Program-made: the position numbers and the translations under genes
Notes under the pieces: generated by a model
Database searches by the model: none
The model's input: the letters and a program-made list of their open reading frames with translations, nothing else
Told to the model about the DNA's origin: nothing
From: Felis catus
Taxonomy: Eukaryota
Assembly: GCF_018350175.1 (NCBI RefSeq)
Contig: NC_058368.1
Span: 71,488,001 to 71,552,000, forward strand
Length of the DNA: 64,000 nt
Reading direction: 5' to 3'
Part shown: positions 39,583-52,283 of the stretch, piece by piece
Layout of the letters: every line of letters begins with the position of its first letter
How positions within the stretch are numbered: the stretch's first letter is position 1

Positions 39583-40564
39583 GAAAGGAGGACTTGGAGG
39601 AGGAGGAGGTATTAATGGAAGAACAAACAAAAGTAGGTATGTTGAAAAATGGATCCAGAATAATTATTACTGTGGGAGGAGGACATAGTATCACTGCATT
39701 GAACTTCTGCCAACAGCCAGCATTTGCTGAGGGCTTATTACATGCCTGGTACTGTTCTGAGTGCTTGCCTTATTCCTCCAGCATAGAGTTAACATTTGAG
39801 GGCATGGAGACATGAATAATTAGGCAGCTTCTGAACCTGAGGTTCATTTACAGGCATATTGACTATTGATGACAATACCACATAGAAAACATAGGATTCC
39901 ACCATGATTTGGTAGGTTTGGTAGGAGAAGTAAAGGCAGTTTCACTTGCTCCTTATGTTAAATTCATCTACCTTGAGTTATTCATTAAGCTGTGACATAA
40001 TTTACAGTATTGCCTTCAGAGAATGACCTTATCACACCAATCGAAAAGAAACTACTACTATAATTAAAGTGTGGGCAAAATAATGTAGGATTTTTTTAAA
40101 CCATACAACTGAAATTACAGTTGTTACTGATCAATTAATGAGGCGATAATTAAAGGGAAACTAGTCAACCTGGCTGATTGTAGACCAGTACCTAAAATTT
40201 GTTATTGCAATTCACATCCTTTGAGATATATTTAATTACATTTATAACACATGCATATTTAATATAATCCTTTGTGACAGATTAACAGATCTTCACCATC
40301 ATTATGTTTAATCCTTTTTGATGTTTTTGTCATTATTACATATCTCTTTGGGACAGAAATAAAAGACTGTTTCCAAGGTGATAGTGATAAAGAAGAAACT
40401 TATGAAAAATGGTTATCTCCTTTTGTTTTCAGAAAGCAAGCATCTCATCTCCTCCATGGAAGGGCAGTAGAGGTATCACAACTATATTTTGGAATAATAT
40501 TTTAGGAAATAGGAGAGCAGGATAAAGAATATCTACCCTTTTTTTAATGCTAACTTAAAAAAAT

Positions 40565-40761
40565 AACATTTTATTTATTGTGAGAGGAGAGCACAAGCAG
40601 GGGAGGGGCAGAGAAAGAAGGAGAGAGAATCCCAAACAGAGATGTCAGCAGACTGTCAGTGCAGAGTGCTATGTAGGGCCCAGTCTCACCAACCATGAGA
40701 TCATGACCTGAGTTGAAATCAAGAGTCAGATGCTTAACTGACTGAAACGCCCAGGCACCCC
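40565..40761 (-). mobile_element. CanSINE
   Basis: Typical body. Confidence 0.9.
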
Positions 40762-42397
40762 ATGAATACCTACATTTTTTGTGTCATTTTAAGATCTGTA
40801 TTAAGATTTGCTATACTTTCTACTAAAATGTTAGGAATCGTTATTATAATTGAATAAAAATGTTTGAGTTATTTTTCATGTTTTACCTGAGAAGTTAACA
40901 TTGAAGCAAGTGACTTAGCAAAATTATGAGATCTAAATTTTAGGAGAATTAATATGCTTCTTATTGGCAACGTATTCAGAATTTTTTTAGAAACCTTATT
41001 TGTGTTTCATATGTTCAGCAGCACTGTATGTAGGAGTCAGTGAACTATAATGATGGTAGATGGTGGTAATATCCCAGTGTAATTAACTGCATGGCCTACA
41101 GATTCCTTTGTTATTGGGAAGTGTTGGATATACTTCATTGATTTAATATACAGTGAATAACTGTATTTTTGTTAGCAGTAATTATGAGATAAGAACTAAA
41201 AAGAATCAGTAGGCATCTTTAGAATAGTCTTTGAAGGTACAAATAAGCAGTGAGTGTTTGCTACATGCAAGGATTGTACCTTAATATTTAGATTACATGT
41301 GTTACTTTTGCTTTTGACGTGTGGATTTCAGTGAAATACTCTGAGAATTGCAAGATAATGGCTTCTCTTGCCTACATAATTTATATGGTTCTTTAATTTC
41401 CTTATATGTGCAGGAACAGGCGGAGAGGGTTGAGTTGGAATATATTTTTCTAGGATCTTTTCCAGCCTGATAGTCAAATCAGAAAACCACAGATCTTTTT
41501 CCACATTTTGTGCAGACTCGTAATTTTTAAGATATGCTATGAAAGCCTATTAACTAGGCAGACACTAGTCATTCCTTTCTGATAATTAGTTATAGTGTGA
41601 TCAACAAATCTTTTTTATCCTTCATACTGCCTTCAGAAATAGAAACAAAATATATGATTGAAGTCTTTTTTTAAATAGTGGAATGAATACCTTGATTTTT
41701 ATCTGACATCTAATTCTGCACAATGCTAATCTTAACATTTGATGACAAAACATTTAAAATTTGTGTATAACAGAATAGAAGAATTGTATGGTGAATCAGA
41801 CACACTTTTTATAGCCTGTATCTTCCCCAATTTTTATTATTTTTGGAAAAAAATTTTGGCAAATATTTTGTTTTGTAAGTTTTACATTCCTACTATTGAA
41901 AAAAATGTGTTTAACAGGTGCCTACTGCAATAGAAGCTATAATAGTTGTGTCATGAGGCACCTCTGAGGAAGTGCTTTTTTTTTGTTTTTTAATGGCAAA
42001 GGATGTAAGTAATCTCTCTCAAATGTCAAATTAATTTTGGGTGTGTACTTTCTTTTTTCCCCTATGATTACGTAGATAGGAAAACTGAATGTTCCAAACA
42101 ACTCATGGAAAATATTCCACATCAACATTATTTGTACCATAAATGCAGTTAAATGCTTTTAATGGAATACAAAGTTACCAGCAGATTGTTAAATATGAGA
42201 AAATACTTTCTTGAAATAGGAAGGAAATCATGTTTTGGAGTGATGTTTTAAACATCATAAATATTCTTATGAACAACTTAACTAATCCTCTGTAGGTGGG
42301 GAAAACTTTGCAGAAAACAGTGTGTCTTAAAATGCATTTCATGAATTCTATCTACCATAGCCTTGCTTTGTTTAATTTGATCTTAAAATATCAATAT

Positions 42398-42618
42398 ATT
42401 TTTAAAGCTTATTTATTTATGTTGAGAGAGAGCGTGAGCAGGGGAGGGGCAGAGAGAGAGAGGAGGTGGGGGTGGGGTAGGGACAGAGGATCCCAAGCAG
42501 GCTTCTTGCTGCCAGTGCAGAGCCAGACGCAGGGCTTGAACTCATGAAACTGTGAGATCATAACCTGAGCCGAAACCAAGAGTCGGATGCTTAACTGACT
42601 GAGCCATCCAGGTGCCCC
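42398..42618 (-). mobile_element. CanSINE
   Basis: Typical body with a G-rich insert. Confidence 0.9.
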
Positions 42619-43029
42619 AAACTATAGATACTTTAAATAGAATGTAATCTTTAAATGATTCCAGAACACTGAGACATATGATGTTCTCATACTCAAGATT
42701 GCAGTATTACACATCTTTTTTGAAGTTTGCACTTTTCAAAAGCTGGCAGGACCTTTATTTGGTCATTCTCACTCTCTTTTTATTTCCCCTTTCTCTCTGA
42801 TTTTGTACATGATCAGCTTTATGTTTACAAGAGACTACTCTGCACTATAGTGAGGGAACCAGTCGGGGGGTGTGGAAGACTGACTAGTCTGTTGCAGGAG
42901 CCCAGGTGAGAGGCAGTGGCAGGTGCAGGTAAGGTGGTTGTGTGAGGATGGAGGGAAGTGGGGCTGTTTGAAAGCCTCTCCAGTCATCCATGCTTTTCGA
43001 TATGATCTCTCCTCTCCCATTCAACCCTT

Positions 43030-44160
43030 TCCATGGTAGCCTCTGTATCTCTTGCTTTGTTATCAACAAACTGCCCTGTATCTCCAGACATTCTTGGAAC
43101 ATTCTGCCACTTACTTGCCTTCACAGAAACCTGGTGGTTTTTCTTCCATACCACATGCACCTCTGAGGTGGGAAGCGAGACTGTTTTTTTCCCCTAGTAC
43201 CATTCTAGACCACAGTCCCCTCCTTCTTAGAAAATCCTTGTTCTTTGAAGTTCACATAACCTGGCTTCATCACTACCTCCCCTCTGTCTTGGCAACCTCT
43301 AAGCTCCTTTCCCTGCATTTGAAGGCTAGCAACCAGGTTATGGTCTCTCTGCCTCAATACAACCATTAGTCCTTTTAGTTTTTCTCCCCTCCCTGTGTTT
43401 TTCCATCCTTTATCCAGCTTGGATACCCTGGCCGTAGTAATTCGCTTGCAAATACCCTTAACTTCCTCAACCCCTTTAATTCTTCCATCATTCCTAAACT
43501 TGGATGAACCCATCCACCCACCTTCTTAATGCCTGCATCAGGCAAAGTACATGGGCGTTGCTGGGCAAAACCACATGCCAAGGGCAGATTCATATCATTC
43601 CATGTGCATATTGCCCACTGTGGCTGAGCAGCCGACACCAGGTGGCAGTTGTGCTGTTTTTCTGATAAGCTCATCCCTTTCCTTTTTCTTTAGTGACCTC
43701 TGTATTTCATGACCTCTGTATTCATACTTTTCACTTTCCTTTTCCAGTTAATGCTATTCCTGAGTATCCCACTTTTCCCACTGCCAAGAATCTAGTCCTG
43801 GTCACCATTTTCTTTTTTGCTTCATCTGATTCATTCTTCAGGCTGTAGCCAGACTGATCTTTTAAAAATAAAAATTGATGGTGTTACTCTCCCATTGGAA
43901 TCCTTTAGTGCTTCCCACTGCTCCCGCTCTATCTGGGTACTATGCTCACCTTTGTTTTCTGTGCTCCACACACTGATTTCATATGAACCAAGCTCTTTCT
44001 TGCCTCTGGGATTTTCTTTTTACGTGAGAGTCCCTCTGGGATATTTCCTCTGGATAGTCCCACCCACCTACACACCCACTCACTCACTGCTACCAACTGA
44101 TTTCTACTCACTTTTCAGCTCTTAGCTTAAAGATCACCTCCTTTGAGTGCTCTTCCTTCC
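43030..44160 (+). mobile_element. L2 fragments including an endonuclease-domain remnant
   Basis: LLAFTETW at 43111-43134 and FEVHI…L further on resemble the L2/CR1 AP-endonuclease; 43840-44160 resembles the L2 3' region. Confidence 0.6.
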
Positions 44161-44640
44161 AGAAGAGTAATAAGAATTAAGAAGAGAGTATACAATTGCT
44201 GAAGATTTGTGGCCTTTCAGAATATAGTTTTAGCAGCCAGATTGTAGAAGGTTAATGGAAAAAGTTACATGGTAGGAAATTGGGAGCAGAGTACTTGCTC
44301 TAGAACCTGTCAGAGAAAAGGAGAGAAGAAGTTTGGTGGTTCAAGTGGGTCAAGTATACATCTGTGGAAATGTGGAAGTCCTGTACGTGCTGGTATGTGA
44401 GATCTCAGTAAAGGAAAGAAAATAGTTGATGATGCCAAAAAATAAGAGGACTTACGTCTTGTGGCTTCAATTTTGGTAAAGCAAAGAGGAGGTCATCTGC
44501 CAAAAGTGTGGGTCAGAATTAATATGATAATTAATGTAAATTTGGTGCACTTGAGTCCTAGGTCTGTTTACTCTAAAAACATGAAATCTTTATGTCTGAG
44601 TTAGTGTTTCTAAACTGAGATTTGGCGTCTTTGGGTTGTT

Positions 44641-44879
44641 TTTTATTTTTATTTTTATTTTTATTTATTTTTAATGTTTTTATTTATTTTTGAGAGAGAG
44701 AGAGAGACAGAGCATGAGCAGGCCAGGAGCAGAGAGAGAGGGAGACACAGAACCCGAAGTAGGCTCCAGGCTCTGAGCTGTCAGCACAGAGCCCGACATG
44801 GGGCTCGAACTCACAGACTGTGAGATCATGACCTGAGCTGAAGTCGGACGCCCAACCGACTGAGCCACCCAGGCACCCC
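44641..44879 (-). mobile_element. CanSINE
   Basis: Full body; TSD-like ctttgg(g)ttgttttt. Confidence 0.95.
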
Positions 44880-45180
44880 TTTGGTTGTTTTTTAAATAGA
44901 GTTTTAAAATAATTTAGAATATTCTAGTGTTTTCATAGTGCTAGAACATGTCCACAATATTATCTGCCTTGAAAGGTGTGAAATTTTATTTGAGCCTCAG
45001 AGTATTATGTCATTTGTCATTTTACAGTTGGTCTATTTGTTTTTTTAATACCCACACCGAATTTGACTTAATTTGTTAGCTTTTGTTTGTCAAGGGAAAG
45101 ATCTTAAAACCTTCCAACCCCAAACGTAGGTACTCAAGCAAAACAAAATCCCTTTCTAATTATTAGAATTTGCCATATCT

Positions 45181-45423
45181 GGGGGCGCCTGGGTGGCGCA
45201 GTCGGTCGGTTAAGCGTCCGACTTCAGCCAGGTCACGATCTCGCGGTCCGGGAGTTCGAGCCCTGCGTCAGGCTCTGGGCTGATGGCTCAGAGCCTGGAG
45301 CCTGTTTCCGATTCTGTGTCTCCCTCTCTCTCTGCTCCTCCCCCGTTCATGCTTTGTCTCTCTCTGTCCCAAAAATAAATAAACGTTGAAAAAAAAAAAC
45401 TTAAAAAAAAAAGAAAAAAAAAA
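45181..45423 (+). mobile_element. Young feline-type CanSINE
   Basis: CpG-rich body with a 4-nt duplication (gtcggtcggtt); TSD agaatt(t/a)gccatatct. Confidence 0.95.
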
Positions 45424-46089
45424 GAATTAGCCATATCTGAAATTAACTGTCTAAATGTATCTTAAAAAAAGAACTTTGCAACCATAAAACCATAGAATTT
45501 TAGCCTCAAAGAGATTTTCAGCGTTGCTCCTTCAGGTCCCTCATTTTCAGATAAGGAAGAGTTGATACAGAGACAATGTCCAAAATACACTGTACAATTG
45601 GGTTTGGTAGATGAAATCCATAAATTTATGACCAGAGAAATTAAAATGAGTATTGCTATGTTAACTAAAATGAAGTTTTAAATGAGCAGCTACTATGTGT
45701 TACGTGCCTGTTAGTGAAAGGTATAAAGTAAATATTGACTTTATGGTGCTATGAGAGAGGAAAAATAGGCACTTATACTTCTCCTCACTTTTAAAGTGTT
45801 TAGTATATAATATAAATAAAGAGGAAAACTTAAAAATATGAATAGATTTGCAGTAAAAAGCAAGCCTCCCTTCTATCTCTGTCCTTCAACCCCTCCCACT
45901 CCTCTTATATATTTGTCTAGAGATATTCTTTACATTAAAAAAATAATAAAACCACACATTTCAAAGGTTTTTTTTTTTTCTTAACAAATGATAGCACACT
46001 GTATATGCTATTCTGTATTTTCTTGGGAAAATTTCATATCAATATATAGATATGCCCTTTTTTAAAGAAGGGTTTCTAAGTTCTCTTAC

Positions 46090-47000
46090 AGGCTACAAGA
46101 TGTGTTTCTGTGATATAAGGACATCTTGGCTGGGTATAAAATTGGGGGCAACGTTTTCTTTTTTAGTACTTATACCAAACTGCTCTGTGATCTTATATCT
46201 CAATTTTGCCCTCGAGCAATTAGGCTGACCTGATGTTTTTCCTTACTTGTGCATGATTTCTTATTTTTGCCTAAGTAACACATAAAACATTCTTTATCTT
46301 TAAAGTTCCATAAACAGCAGAATTCTACAAATTTAAGGTTTTATTTAGTTTGAAAAGTTTTACCCTATCGTATCTTTGAATTTACATTTATTCGTTTTTC
46401 TTCGTAAGCCTTTCTGAAAAAGTATTTTGTATATTCTTTGGATCCCATTTCTCCCTCCTTCATATCTGTTGTTTTCTCTATAAATTGTTTTCATATTGCT
46501 AGTCTTTTCTGTTTTATATGATTTCTCCATGCCCTTATCTTTCTTTTTAGTCACATTGATTCTATTTTTGGTTGCTTCTTAAAGTAGCTTTTATCTTTAT
46601 AATGTTATTTTTCTCTTCATTTTTTTTCTGAGTTCTTCCAGCTTGATTTTCATTTCCTTCTGTTGTTGTATGATCTCTTCTTTGAACCTTTGTTTTTCTT
46701 CTTTGAGCTCATTTTTTAAAAGAGGAGTCAGGTTTCCTACAGTCGTCTTTGAGACTTTGCAGAATTATTTATCTGAACTCTTCCTGTGTTTCTTCAAGTG
46801 GTTCTTCTTGTGTTATAATGCTCTTAATTTACCTTTTCCTCTTGATAAAAGTATGTTCTGCAAACTGTATGCAAAGATGCAGTATTGGTTATTTTCTGAT
46901 CATCATTTATGTGCAGTGGGGTAGGTGGTTGGGTCTAAGCATGGACAGCCCACAGCTTTTCCTTTAATTAGGCTTATAATGCCCTCTCATCAAATCTGTT
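46090..47000 (-). mobile_element. Possible very old L1 fragment
   Basis: T-rich sequence with ttggctgggtataaaatt, typical of antisense L1 ORF1 region; highly degenerate. Confidence 0.4.
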
Positions 47001-48800
47001 ATTTCCATTGTCCTAGATTTCACTTCCCATTAGTTTTTGGCATAGGGTGGGTTCTTTATGTCAGCTTCTCAGTGTTGTAACAGTGAAATGCCACTTCCAC
47101 CCCATATCTGCAGCTTTAGTCCCCCTTGGCTAAAGAATTACACATAAACTGTGTACATAGCACAGTAACAAGAATTCTTCAGTCTGTTCCTATATTTCTA
47201 TGGTATTAAAATGTACAAATTTCCTGCTTCTCCTAGTAGCTTATAAGTATAAGCCATTGAGATTTCACTCATCTGATGATAGCATCAATAGAATCCTTGC
47301 ATCTGCTGTTCCAAATTATGCTTCTTGGTGAAATCTGTTTGTGGCTGGAGGCCTGAGAAGGCTGGTGGTGGTTTTCAGCATGTTCTTTTCCCTCATTTAA
47401 AGTTTATAGATGTGTTTCATAGTTTATGATTTGGAGCTTTGACAGCTTCCTTGTTTCAGTTGTATAGTAACATTTCAAAATTATGCTCATTACTTCCCAG
47501 GTGTACAAGGAAATGTCGTTTCTGTATGTCTGTCGCATGTACTCTGTTTCATAAGCCCTCTACCTTTACTAAGTGGGGGAGAGGGAAGAAACACTTGGTA
47601 ATAAATAAGATCTTGGGCTCCTTTGGTTTAAGCAGTATCTTTCAGAAACTGTGGTATTTCAGGTTTCTTTTCCTTCCAGGTTCCACTGAGGCATGGAGTT
47701 AGGTGCAGGTAAAAGGGGCCTTTGGGTATGTGGTTGGACTCACTCATAACTATTGAGGTAAGGAGGAGAGCTCAGACCCAGACTGTCTTTACTAGGCTTT
47801 GCTGTAAGGATCTGGACTGGGTCCTGGCAGGCGATGATTCATCCTCTTTGGCATTGAAGAGGCCTCTGTACCCATAGTCCTGGGTACTGTTTGCCTGCAG
47901 TCATGGAGTCCCTTGTACTATGTTGTCTTTATCTTGACCCAGACTTTGTTATCTCACTAAGATAGGTAGAAACTTCTGGATTCCTACCTTGATGTGCTTG
48001 GGTCATCTTTCCAGGTTCTTCCTCAATCAGTGCTGTGCTGTTGCTTCATAAGCCACATTAGGATTGCTGTGACACCAAGTACTGGGCTTTAGTAGAAGCC
48101 TGCAGCTTTCCCTAGACTATATCCCAGAAGTAGATCTCCAGCCCAGATATTTTTAGGGTACCTGATACCTGTCAGAATATTTTCATCCATCTGTCTCCAT
48201 TGCTGTCCCCTACCTATTCCCAAGGATCCATGCAAAAGGAAATGGGGAGGTCTTGGATTTCTGATATCTGCGTCTTCCCTCTGTATCTTTCCTTCATGTA
48301 ATCCACAGGGACTTGAAAAGGCCTTCCCCCCAGCCCCCCATGTTTCTATCTGGAAGGAACTTTCCTTCTTCTTCCCAAGTTAACATTCACATCTACTCAT
48401 CCAATAGCAGAGGATGCAGGGAAAGAAATTAATTTTTCAGTAAGGGAAGATAAAGGTAGTTCAGAAATACCACTTTCAGTTTTCTCCCTCTGCTTTTGTT
48501 TTTAGAAAGTCAGATTTATTGAGGTATAATTAATATAAAATTTAGTCTTTAATTGTATGGTTTTATTGAGTTTTGACAAATCTATGTAGTTATATTAGTA
48601 CCACCAAAATCAAGATTTAGAACATTTCTGTCACCCCAGAAAGTTCCCTCATGCCCTTTCCCAGTCAAACTCATCTTCATACCCATATCACCTAGCAACT
48701 GCTGACCTGATTTCTGCCTTTTCCAGAATGTTCTATAGATGGAATCATACTCATGTACTTTTTTCTTTTTTTTTTTAAGGGGGAATCTCACTCCTCCCCT

Positions 48801-49026
48801 TTATTTATTTATGTATGTATTTATTTTTTGAGGGAGAGAGAGCATGCGCACGCGTGCACGCGCAAGTGGGGGAGGGGCAGAGAAAGAGGGCAAGAAAGAA
48901 TCCCAAGCAGGCTCCAAGCTCAATTCGGAGCCTGATGCAGGGCTCGATCTCACAAACTATGAGATCGTGATCTGAGCCTAAATCAAGAGTTTGACAGTTA
49001 ACTGACTGAACCACCTGGGTGCCCCC
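48801..49026 (-). mobile_element. CanSINE
   Basis: Typical body. Confidence 0.9.
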
Positions 49027-49561
49027 ATTCTCATGTTCTATTATATCCTTTTTTACCGGCCTCCTTTCACTTACCATAATGCTTTTGAGATGCTTAGTGC
49101 TAATTTTCTGTTGTGTGGATATACCATATTTGTCCATGAATTAGTTCATTGGACTTTTGGGGGTTTTCCAGTTTGAGGCTGATGTAAACATTTTGCTGTA
49201 TGTATTCTATCATAAACAAGCTTCTGTGAACATTCACGAACAGGTCCTTGTGTGTATGTATCATTACTTTTCTGGGGTTTTCTGAAGCAGGCCTCCCATT
49301 TGGCATTCCCACCAGCAATGTATGAAAGTTCCGATTGCTTCACAGGTTTGCCAGCACTTGGTATTATCAGTACTTTTCATTGTATCCATTCTAGTGGGTG
49401 TGTAGCCCTATTTCATATAGTTTTGGTTTTTTCCTAATGACCAACCTGTGATGTGCTTGTGTCACCCATCTGTCTTCCCTGGCGAAGTCTCTGGTCAAAT
49501 CTCTTGCCCATTTTTAAAGAAATTCAGTTGGTTTTCTTATTGAGTTGAAAAAGAGAATTCT

Positions 49562-49743
49562 TGGGGTACCTGGGTGGCTTGGTTGGTTAAGCCTACGACT
49601 TTGGCTTAGATCATGATCTCATGGTTCATGAATTTGAGCCTCACATCAGGCACTCTGCTGTCAGTGCAGAACCCACTTGGGATCCTCTGTCTCTGCTGTC
49701 TCTGTCTCTGTCTCTCTCAAAACTAAATAAACATGAAAAAAAA
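49562..49743 (+). mobile_element. CanSINE
   Basis: Body plus tail; TSD-like agaattctt. Confidence 0.9.
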
Positions 49744-50465
49744 GAATTCTTTGTAGATTTTGAATTCAAGTGCTTTATCAGATATATTTTTTGCAAATAT
49801 TTTCTCCCAACTTGTGGCTCAGCTTTTCTTTTCTTAACAGTGTCTTTCAAACAGAAATTTATAATTTTGGATGAAGTCTAATTCATCTATTTTTTCTTGC
49901 AAGATTTGTATTTTTTGTGTCCTAAGAAATCTTTGCCTGGACCAAGGTTATAAAGATTTTCTCTCTTTGTTATCTAGAAGTTTTGTAGTTTTAGGTTTTG
50001 CCTTTAGTTTTCATTGTTTTGAGTTGATTTTTTTTTTAATGTTGTGTTATCGAGGTTGGGATTTATTTTTTAGAATGTGGATGTTTATTGTTTTAGGACT
50101 ATTTATTCACAAATTGTGCTTTCCCCATTTAATGTTTTGGCACTTTTTTTTTTTTAAATCAATTAATCATTTATGTATGGGTCTCTGAACTCTCATTTCA
50201 TTCTATTCTTACACCAGAGCTTGTTTACTGTAGGTTAATGGGAAGTCTTGAAGTCAAATGGCATGAGTTCTCCAAATTTGTTACTTTTCAAAATTATCTT
50301 TACTATTTTATATCCTTTGCTTTTCTCTCTGTGTATTTTGGAATCAGCTACCAAAACAAAAAAAGCCTGCTGGGATATTGATTGGAATTACATTGAATAT
50401 ATATATGAGTTTGGGAGAGAACTTCTATCTTGATAATGCTGAAACTTTTCTAATTCATGAACATG

Positions 50466-50486
50466 GTGTGTGTGTATGTGTGTGTG

Positions 50487-50518
<32 letters not shown>

Positions 50519-50523
50519 TATAT
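50466..50523. repeat. (TG)n(TA)n microsatellite
   Basis: Directly visible. Confidence 0.93.
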
Positions 50524-51436
50524 CCATTTTTTAGGTCTAATTCTTTAATTTCTCACAGAATATTGCTTCTGACTTTTGAAAAAGTAAAACCTCTCCCTTC
50601 TGTTTTCATTTGTTACCTATTTTTCCACAGCTTTTTTGAGATATACTTCACTTTAGTCATTTAAATTGTACAGTTAAGTGGCTTGTAGTATATTCCCAGA
50701 GCTGTGTAACCATCACTACAGTCAATTTTAGAACATGTTCATCATGTCAAATAAGAAAGCCAATGCCCCACTGCTGTTACCCCTCAATCCTTCCATCCAT
50801 CCCCACACCCCTAGCTCAAGGCAACCACTAATTTATTTTCTGTTGGTATGGACTTTTCTGGACATTTCATTATAAATGGAACTATATAATTTGTGATCCT
50901 CTGTGACTGACTTTTCAGTTAGCATGTTTTCAAGATTCATCCATGTAGTAGCATGTATCAGCATTTCATTCCTTTTTATTATCAAATGATGTTCTGTTAT
51001 ATGGATATGTCGCATTTTGTTTAACCAGTCATAAAATAGTTTACTTTAGGCTGTGGTAAAGTGGTTCCTCTTCTGCATGATTTGAGTATGTTAGGTTATT
51101 TTCTCTGAGAACCCCTAAAGATGACAATTACAGTTTCATTCTGTCACCCCTATTGACTTAAAATTAGTATCAAATACAAATTGTAAATGCCTGTCATTAA
51201 AAAAATCTTTCCTTACAGCCTCTAACTTTCCATTTTAACAAATAAAACTTTTATAATTGAACTCTGACCTTTTTTAACCTTTTAAATTTAGGAATCATGT
51301 CAAAGCAAATGTTTTTCTCAGTTTTAAAAGGTATTTTTAGCACTTAATATTTGTAAAACTATCTTTTGGGAGCTTCTTTTGGAACTCTTCCATTACATAA
51401 GGAGATATTTAATTCAGGAAGAAGTGCTAAATAGAT

Positions 51437-51647
51437 TATTTTATTTTTTTTAATGTTTTATTTATTTTTGAGAAAGAGAGTGAGAGTGGGGGAGGGGCAG
51501 AGAGAGAGACAGGGAGACCCAGAATCTGAAACAGGCTCCAGTCTCTGAGCTGTCAGCGCAGAGCTGGATGCAGGACTCGAACTTGGGAATGACGAGATCA
51601 TGACCTAGGTCAAAGTCAGACGCTTAACCGACTGAGCCACCCAGGCA
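51437..51647 (-). mobile_element. CanSINE
   Basis: Typical body. Confidence 0.92.
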
Positions 51648-51913
51648 GTTAATGGCTAATTATCTAAATAGATAATTTTAAAATGTTGCTCTTCTCAAAA
51701 CTATAGTCTTTCTGCTTCACAGATCTTTATCACCTACTTTTTAATAGTACATAATTTATGAGATAGCATGATATCTGACCATATTTTTAAAACCCATTTA
51801 AGGAAAGTGGAACCATTAGAAACAGGAAAAGGGAAAAAATGTTTAGGACCTACTATAGTAGGAATATCGGTAGAGACTGTTTTATGTTAATTTTTTAAAT
51901 ATTACAGCAACCT

Positions 51914-52283
51914 GACAGCTCAGATCCTGGAGCCTGCTTCAGATTCTCTGTCTCTCTGTCTCTCTCTCTCTCCTGCTTGCACTCTCTCTCTCTCAAAACT
52001 AAATAAACATTAAAAAATTAAAAAAGGGGCACCTGGGTGGCGCAGTCGGTTAAACGTCTGACTTCAGCCAGGTCATGATCTCGCGGTCCGTGAGTTCGAG
52101 CCCCGCGTCAGGCTCTGGGCTGATGGCTCAGAGCCTGGAGCCTGTTTCCGATTCTGTGTCTCCCTCTCTCTCTGCCCCTCCCCCGTTCATGCTCTGTCTC
52201 TCTCTGTCCCAAAAATAAAAAATAAACGTTGAAAAAAAAATTAAAATAAATAAATAAATAAATAATAAATAAAAAATTAAAAA
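51914..52283 (+). mobile_element. 5'-truncated CanSINE (51914-52025) with a young feline-type CanSINE (52026-52269) in its tail
   Basis: Outer TSD aaatattacagca(a/c)cct; inner TSD taaaaaattaaaaaa. Confidence 0.9.

Larger units (their letters stand above)
48500..51050 (-). mobile_element. Old L1 fragments (L1MB/MC-like) interrupted by two CanSINEs
   Basis: tttattgaggtataat 3' terminus, cattcccaccagcaatgtatga, gggatattgattggaattacattgaat; a second L1 3' end at about 50630-51030 (NEMLIHATTWMNLEN). Confidence 0.8.

Noticed and set aside
40433..40472. Possible 40-nt cryptic exon after a strong acceptor
   Set aside because: The donor (gtatca) is weak, and similar acceptor-like sites are frequent in this T-rich intron; no support without RNA data.
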